Positions 60,616 through 64,000 of a stretch of 64,000 nt of DNA are shown piece after piece (the first letter of the stretch is position 1; every line of letters starts with the position of its first letter). The translations under genes were made by a program, and so were the position numbers. The stretch lies in assembly GCA_963839395.1 (NCBI GenBank), contig CAWIUW010000015.1, forward strand, positions 333,104 through 397,103. Direction: 5' to 3'. The notes beneath the pieces are model-generated. The model searched no databases. It was not told where the DNA came from and saw only the letters and a list, made by a program, of their open reading frames with translations. Source of the stretch: an uncultured Actinomycetota bacterium. GTDB taxonomy: Bacteria; Actinomycetota; UBA4738; HRBIN12.

Positions 60616-60688
60616 GGGCCCATAGCTCAGCTGGTAGAGCGCTTGGCTGGCAGCCAAGAGGTCAGGGGTTCGAATCCCCTTGGGTCCA
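60616..60688 (+). tRNA. tRNA-Ala (anticodon GGC) with G3:U70
   Basis: GGGCCCATAGCTCAGCTGGTAGAGCGCTTGGCTGGCAGCCAAGAGGTCAGGGGTTCGAATCCCCTTGGGTCCA. Confidence 0.9.
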
Positions 60689-61239
60689 CATCCGCAGGTC
60701 AGGGGTGGTATCGGCATGCGCGGGGCGGGAAGCGAACTACATCGCGCATCGTCGCCGGCGGGCCGCGTGCCGTGGCGACAGTCGGGGCGATCCAACGGCT
60801 CGGCTACCGAGATGGGCGCTGCCTGCCCGCTCGAGAGTCGTCGTCAAGTTCTACTCGAGCGTGCCGCCCCTGTTCACGCGTCGGGCGAGATGGTTCATCG
60901 CCCGCTCGTCGCGGTCCCCGTCAGCCCAGAACAGCCAGCGTTGGCACCCATCCGTATAGTCCGGAAGCGCCCGGATCGCGAGAGCTGTGTTCGTTGGTAC
61001 TCCGTCGATCGATCGCGCGACGTACTCGGCGTTGCGCGCCACAACAGGACCGAGGAGGGCGCGTCGGACTGGTGCCTCGCAGCATGGGGCGTCCGGTTTG
61101 ACAGGCAAGACCTCGGGGGGCTAGCTTCGGCGATGAGAAGTCGCTGGGGCCTTCGGGTTCCGGCGGCTTCTCACTTTCTCCGGTCGCTTCGGCGGCGGTG
61201 CCTGGTTGCTCGACGGTTCACGTCTAGCGAGCCCCGCTC

Positions 61240-61824
61240 CTAACCGGCAGTGGACCGTTTCCAGTCCTGATACCCGATCCAGACGAAGAAGGGCAGCACG
61301 GAGATCAACATGACCACCAGGAGGCCTATGAACCCGCCTGGCTCGGGGGTCGGCTGGTATCGAACGGGACTTCTCATCACGGTGGTCGGAGCGGGCGCTA
61401 CCGAGGGCGTCACCGGATCGGATGACCCAGGGGATACTGTTGGCTGACCGGGGAGCTCCGCCGATGGTTGATGGTTCGTCGCAGATGCTCCCTCCTCGTT
61501 CTCCTCGATCAGCGAGAGCCGGCTCCGCACCGTCGCTCGATCCGACGTCCGCGGGTCCGACGCGGTCGATCCCGACCCGGACCCCGCAGCCGTGGCTGGT
61601 GTCGGCGAGGGCAGCGGCGTCACCGTTCGTACTGGGGATGGCGACGGCGTCCCCGAGGGGGATGGCTGCGGCGTCTCCGACGGACTGGGATCTGGACTCG
61701 GCGACGGCGTCTCCGATGGCGAGGGGGACGGCTTGGCGAGCTCGCTTCCGTCGGCGGCAAGAGCTGGAGCCGCTACCGCGAGCAGCAAAGACGCAACGGC
61801 CGTGATGAACTGCTTCTTCACCAA
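61240..61824 (-). CDS. secreted Pro/Ser-rich surface protein with signal peptide and C-terminal hydrophobic anchor
   Basis: MVKKQFITAVASLLLAVAAPALA signal. PSPSETPSPSPDPSPSETPQPSPSGTPSPSP repeats. C-terminal TPEPGGFIGLLVVMLISVLPFFVWIGYQDWKRS. Confidence 0.6.
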   Translation of the reverse strand: MVKKQFITAVASLLLAVAAPALAADGSELAKPSPSPSETPSPSPDPSPSETPQPSPSGTPSPSPVRTVTPLPSPTPATAAGSGSGSTASDPRTSDRATVRSRLSLIEENEEGASATNHQPSAELPGQPTVSPGSSDPVTPSVAPAPTTVMRSPVRYQPTPEPGGFIGLLVVMLISVLPFFVWIGYQDWKRSTAG

Positions 61825-62157
61825 ACCTCCAGACCGGCTGCCCGCGCCAGGACCACCCTACCCTCTTGTTTCCTGACCGCCCCCAACTGAAACGTGGCTC
61901 GCCACGAAGGCTCGGGAGGGACAGGCGCTCGCATCCGGCGGAGTCGTCTACCACGCACTGAATCCTGATCCTTGATGGCCGGGATGATGAGGGTGGGATC
62001 GGCGCAGATGACAGCGGATCGCTGCGCAGCGGTCCTCGTCACGTCGACGCGCGGCGGCCGGAAGTGAGGCGCAGGCGACACGATCGTCTTCGTCCTGGAT
62101 GAGGAACGAGACCCGGACGCGATCGCTCGCCTCGCCGATGCCGTGAGCTGAACGCCT

Positions 62158-62173
62158 CCTGAACGGCCGTTCA
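62158..62173. promoter_or_regulatory. 16-bp perfect palindrome CTGAACGGCCGTTCAG 22 bp upstream of the start codon; second copy of the 12764 motif
   Basis: Identical 14-bp core TGAACGGCCGTTCA. An extra half-site CTGAACG lies 10 bp upstream. Confidence 0.4.
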
Positions 62174-62195
62174 GGGCGTCGGTACACTCGGCGAC

Positions 62196-63413
62196 ATGAG
62201 GATCCTGGTCGTGGGCTCGGGTGGGGTGGGATCGGCGTTCGCGCCGATCGCGGCTCGACGTGAGTTCTACGAGCACATCGTCTTCGCCGACTACGACGAA
62301 GGCCGTGCCCATCGCGTCGTCGACCGCTACGGCGACGGCCGCTTCTCGGCCGCGCGCGTGGACGCGAGCGATGCCGCCGCCGTCGCCGAGCTGGCTCGCT
62401 CCACCGGGTCCGACACGATCGTGAACGCCGTCGACCCGCGTTTCGTGATGCCGATCTTCGAGGGAGCGTTCGATGCCGGCGCCACCTATCTCGACATGGC
62501 GATGTCGCTCTCGAAGCCGCATCCCGAGAAGCCGGAAGAACTGCCCGGGGTCAAGCTGGGTGACGAGCAGTTCGCCGCGGCCGGTCGATGGGAGGAGCGG
62601 GGTCTCCTTGCCCTGGTCGGTGTCGGGGTCGAGCCAGGCATGTCGGACGTGTTCGCGCGATACGCCGCCGACGAGCTGTTCGACACGATCGACGAGATCG
62701 GTGTCCGAGACGGAGCGAACCTCGAGGTGGAGGGGTACGAGTTCGCGCCGAGCTTCTCGATCTGGACCACGATCGAGGAGTGCCTGAACCCCCCGGTGAT
62801 CTGGGAGAAGGACCGGGGCTGGTTCACGACCCCGTCCTTCAGCGAGCCCGAGGTCTTCACGTTCCCCGAGGGGATCGGTCCGATCGAATGCGTGAACGTC
62901 GAGCACGAGGAGGTGTTGCTCGTCCCTCGCTGGATCGATTGTCGTCGCGTGACCTTCAAGTACGGGCTGGGCGACGAGTTCATCGACGTGCTGAAGACCC
63001 TCCGCAAGCTCGGGCTGGACCGCACCGAGAGGCTGCGCGTGGACGGGGTGGAAGTGTCGCCCCGGGACGTCGTCGCAGCCGCTCTGCCCGACCCGATGAC
63101 CCTGGGGGACAAGATGACCGGCAGGACCTGCGCGGGGACGTGGGTGACCGGGACGGGCGCGGACGGCGGGCAGCGGGAGGTCTACCTCTACCACGTGGTC
63201 GACAACGAAGAGACCTGGTCGCGGGACGGCGCGCAGGCGGTGGTCTGGCAGACCGCCCTCAACCCGCTGATCGCGCTGGAGCTGCTCGCGACCGGCGTCT
63301 GGTCGGGCGCGGGCGTCCTGGGCCCGGAGGCCTTCGAGGCTCGCCCCTTCCTGGACCTGCTCGGTGACTACGGGTCACCCTGGGGCATCGAGGAGCGTTC
63401 GGTGAGCCGATAG
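62196..63413 (+). CDS. saccharopine dehydrogenase-like NAD(P)-binding oxidoreductase
   Basis: MRILVVGSGGVGSAF Rossmann motif. 405 aa. Confidence 0.8.
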   Translation: MRILVVGSGGVGSAFAPIAARREFYEHIVFADYDEGRAHRVVDRYGDGRFSAARVDASDAAAVAELARSTGSDTIVNAVDPRFVMPIFEGAFDAGATYLDMAMSLSKPHPEKPEELPGVKLGDEQFAAAGRWEERGLLALVGVGVEPGMSDVFARYAADELFDTIDEIGVRDGANLEVEGYEFAPSFSIWTTIEECLNPPVIWEKDRGWFTTPSFSEPEVFTFPEGIGPIECVNVEHEEVLLVPRWIDCRRVTFKYGLGDEFIDVLKTLRKLGLDRTERLRVDGVEVSPRDVVAAALPDPMTLGDKMTGRTCAGTWVTGTGADGGQREVYLYHVVDNEETWSRDGAQAVVWQTALNPLIALELLATGVWSGAGVLGPEAFEARPFLDLLGDYGSPWGIEERSVSR

Positions 63414-63452
63414 GGACCGAAGAAGGATCCGGCCGCCCCCTGCGCTCTCCTC

Positions 63453-64000
63453 ATGTCAGCCGGCACTCCGACCGATGACCTGAGCATGACTTCTGTCCCG
63501 GTCGCGACCCTCTTCGAAGCCGCCCTCGGCCGGCTCTCGGACGTGCTCACGCCCGGTTCGTTCCTGGAGGCGACCCCCGAGTCGCTCGTGGTCGCCGAGA
63601 CGGACGGCGAGATCATCTACGCGAACGCTGCGTGCGAGCGGCTCACCGGCTTCGATCGAGGGCGAGCTCCTCGGGCGGCAGGTGGCGGCGCTTCTCGCAA
63701 CCGATCTCGCCGCTCATCCGACGGGCTCGTCGTTCGAGTCCACGTGTACGCGCCGTGACGGCGATGAGCTCCCCGTGGAGGTCCACGTGGGGAGGATCGA
63801 GGCCGCCACGCCTCTCCTGGTGGTCACCCTCCGCGACCGCACCGAGCTCGAGGCGGGCCGGACGGCGCGCTTCGAAGCCGAGGCCAAATACCGGGCGCTG
63901 GTCGAGCACATCCCGGCGGTCGTCTACCTCGACCCCGTGGATGAAGACTCCGAGTCGATCTACGTGAGCCCCCAGGTCGTGGAGCTGCTCGGGATCAGCC
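63453..64000 (+). CDS. PAS-domain sensor protein (partial, continues past window end); frame slips near 63655-63665
   Basis: ..ESLVVAETDGEIIYANAACERLTGFDRG then frame +2: ELLGRQVAALLATDLAAHPTGSSFESTCTRRDGDELPVEVHVGRIEA. A second PAS-like segment starts near 63900. Confidence 0.6.

Noticed and set aside
60851-61108. 85-aa minus ORF in the gap after tRNA-Ala
   Set aside because: Mixed codon bias, no RBS, no recognisable motif. Kept only as a note inside the intergenic finding.

Overview
This is a 64-kb chromosomal window that is very GC-rich (roughly 70% by eye, not computed). The gene order points to an Actinomycetota-type genome: rne-rplU-rpmA-obg-nadD-LCP-rsfS, valS-folC-ndk, tig-clpP-clpX, fabD-fabH-fabG-acpP-fabF and mreB-mreC-mreD-mrdA-rodA. 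The second half (about 30-60 kb) is a housekeeping backbone. The first half is an accessory and regulatory mosaic. It holds seven isolated tRNA genes (Leu-UAG, Lys-CUU, His-GUG, Arg-UCU, Gly-UCC, Pro-UGG, Ala-GGC) and a degenerate copy of the 3' half of tRNA-Lys. It also holds signalling proteins: a MASE1-PAS-PP2C-HATPase sensor next to a STAS antagonist, a class III cyclase-STAND-TPR protein, a GAF protein and a stand-alone cNMP-binding protein. The rest includes two tandem class-III aminotransferase paralogs, small Cys-rich and Lys-rich proteins, a DUF2752 + CD225/dispanin pair, and amino-acid and peptide utilisation genes (azlCD, DmpA-type and PepE-type peptidases). I found no rRNA, no CRISPR array, and no intact integrase or transposase. 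Several conserved genes show single-base frame disruptions: valS, the sensor phosphatase (three times), a BNR-repeat secreted protein and the terminal PAS sensor. Because valS is essential, I read these as consensus indel errors rather than real pseudogenes. The strongest novelty candidate is a perfect palindrome with the shared core TGAACGGCCGTTCA, found about 20 bp upstream of two amino-acid-metabolism loci 49 kb apart. The long R/G/P-rich ORFs lying antisense to real genes are artefacts of the high GC content.
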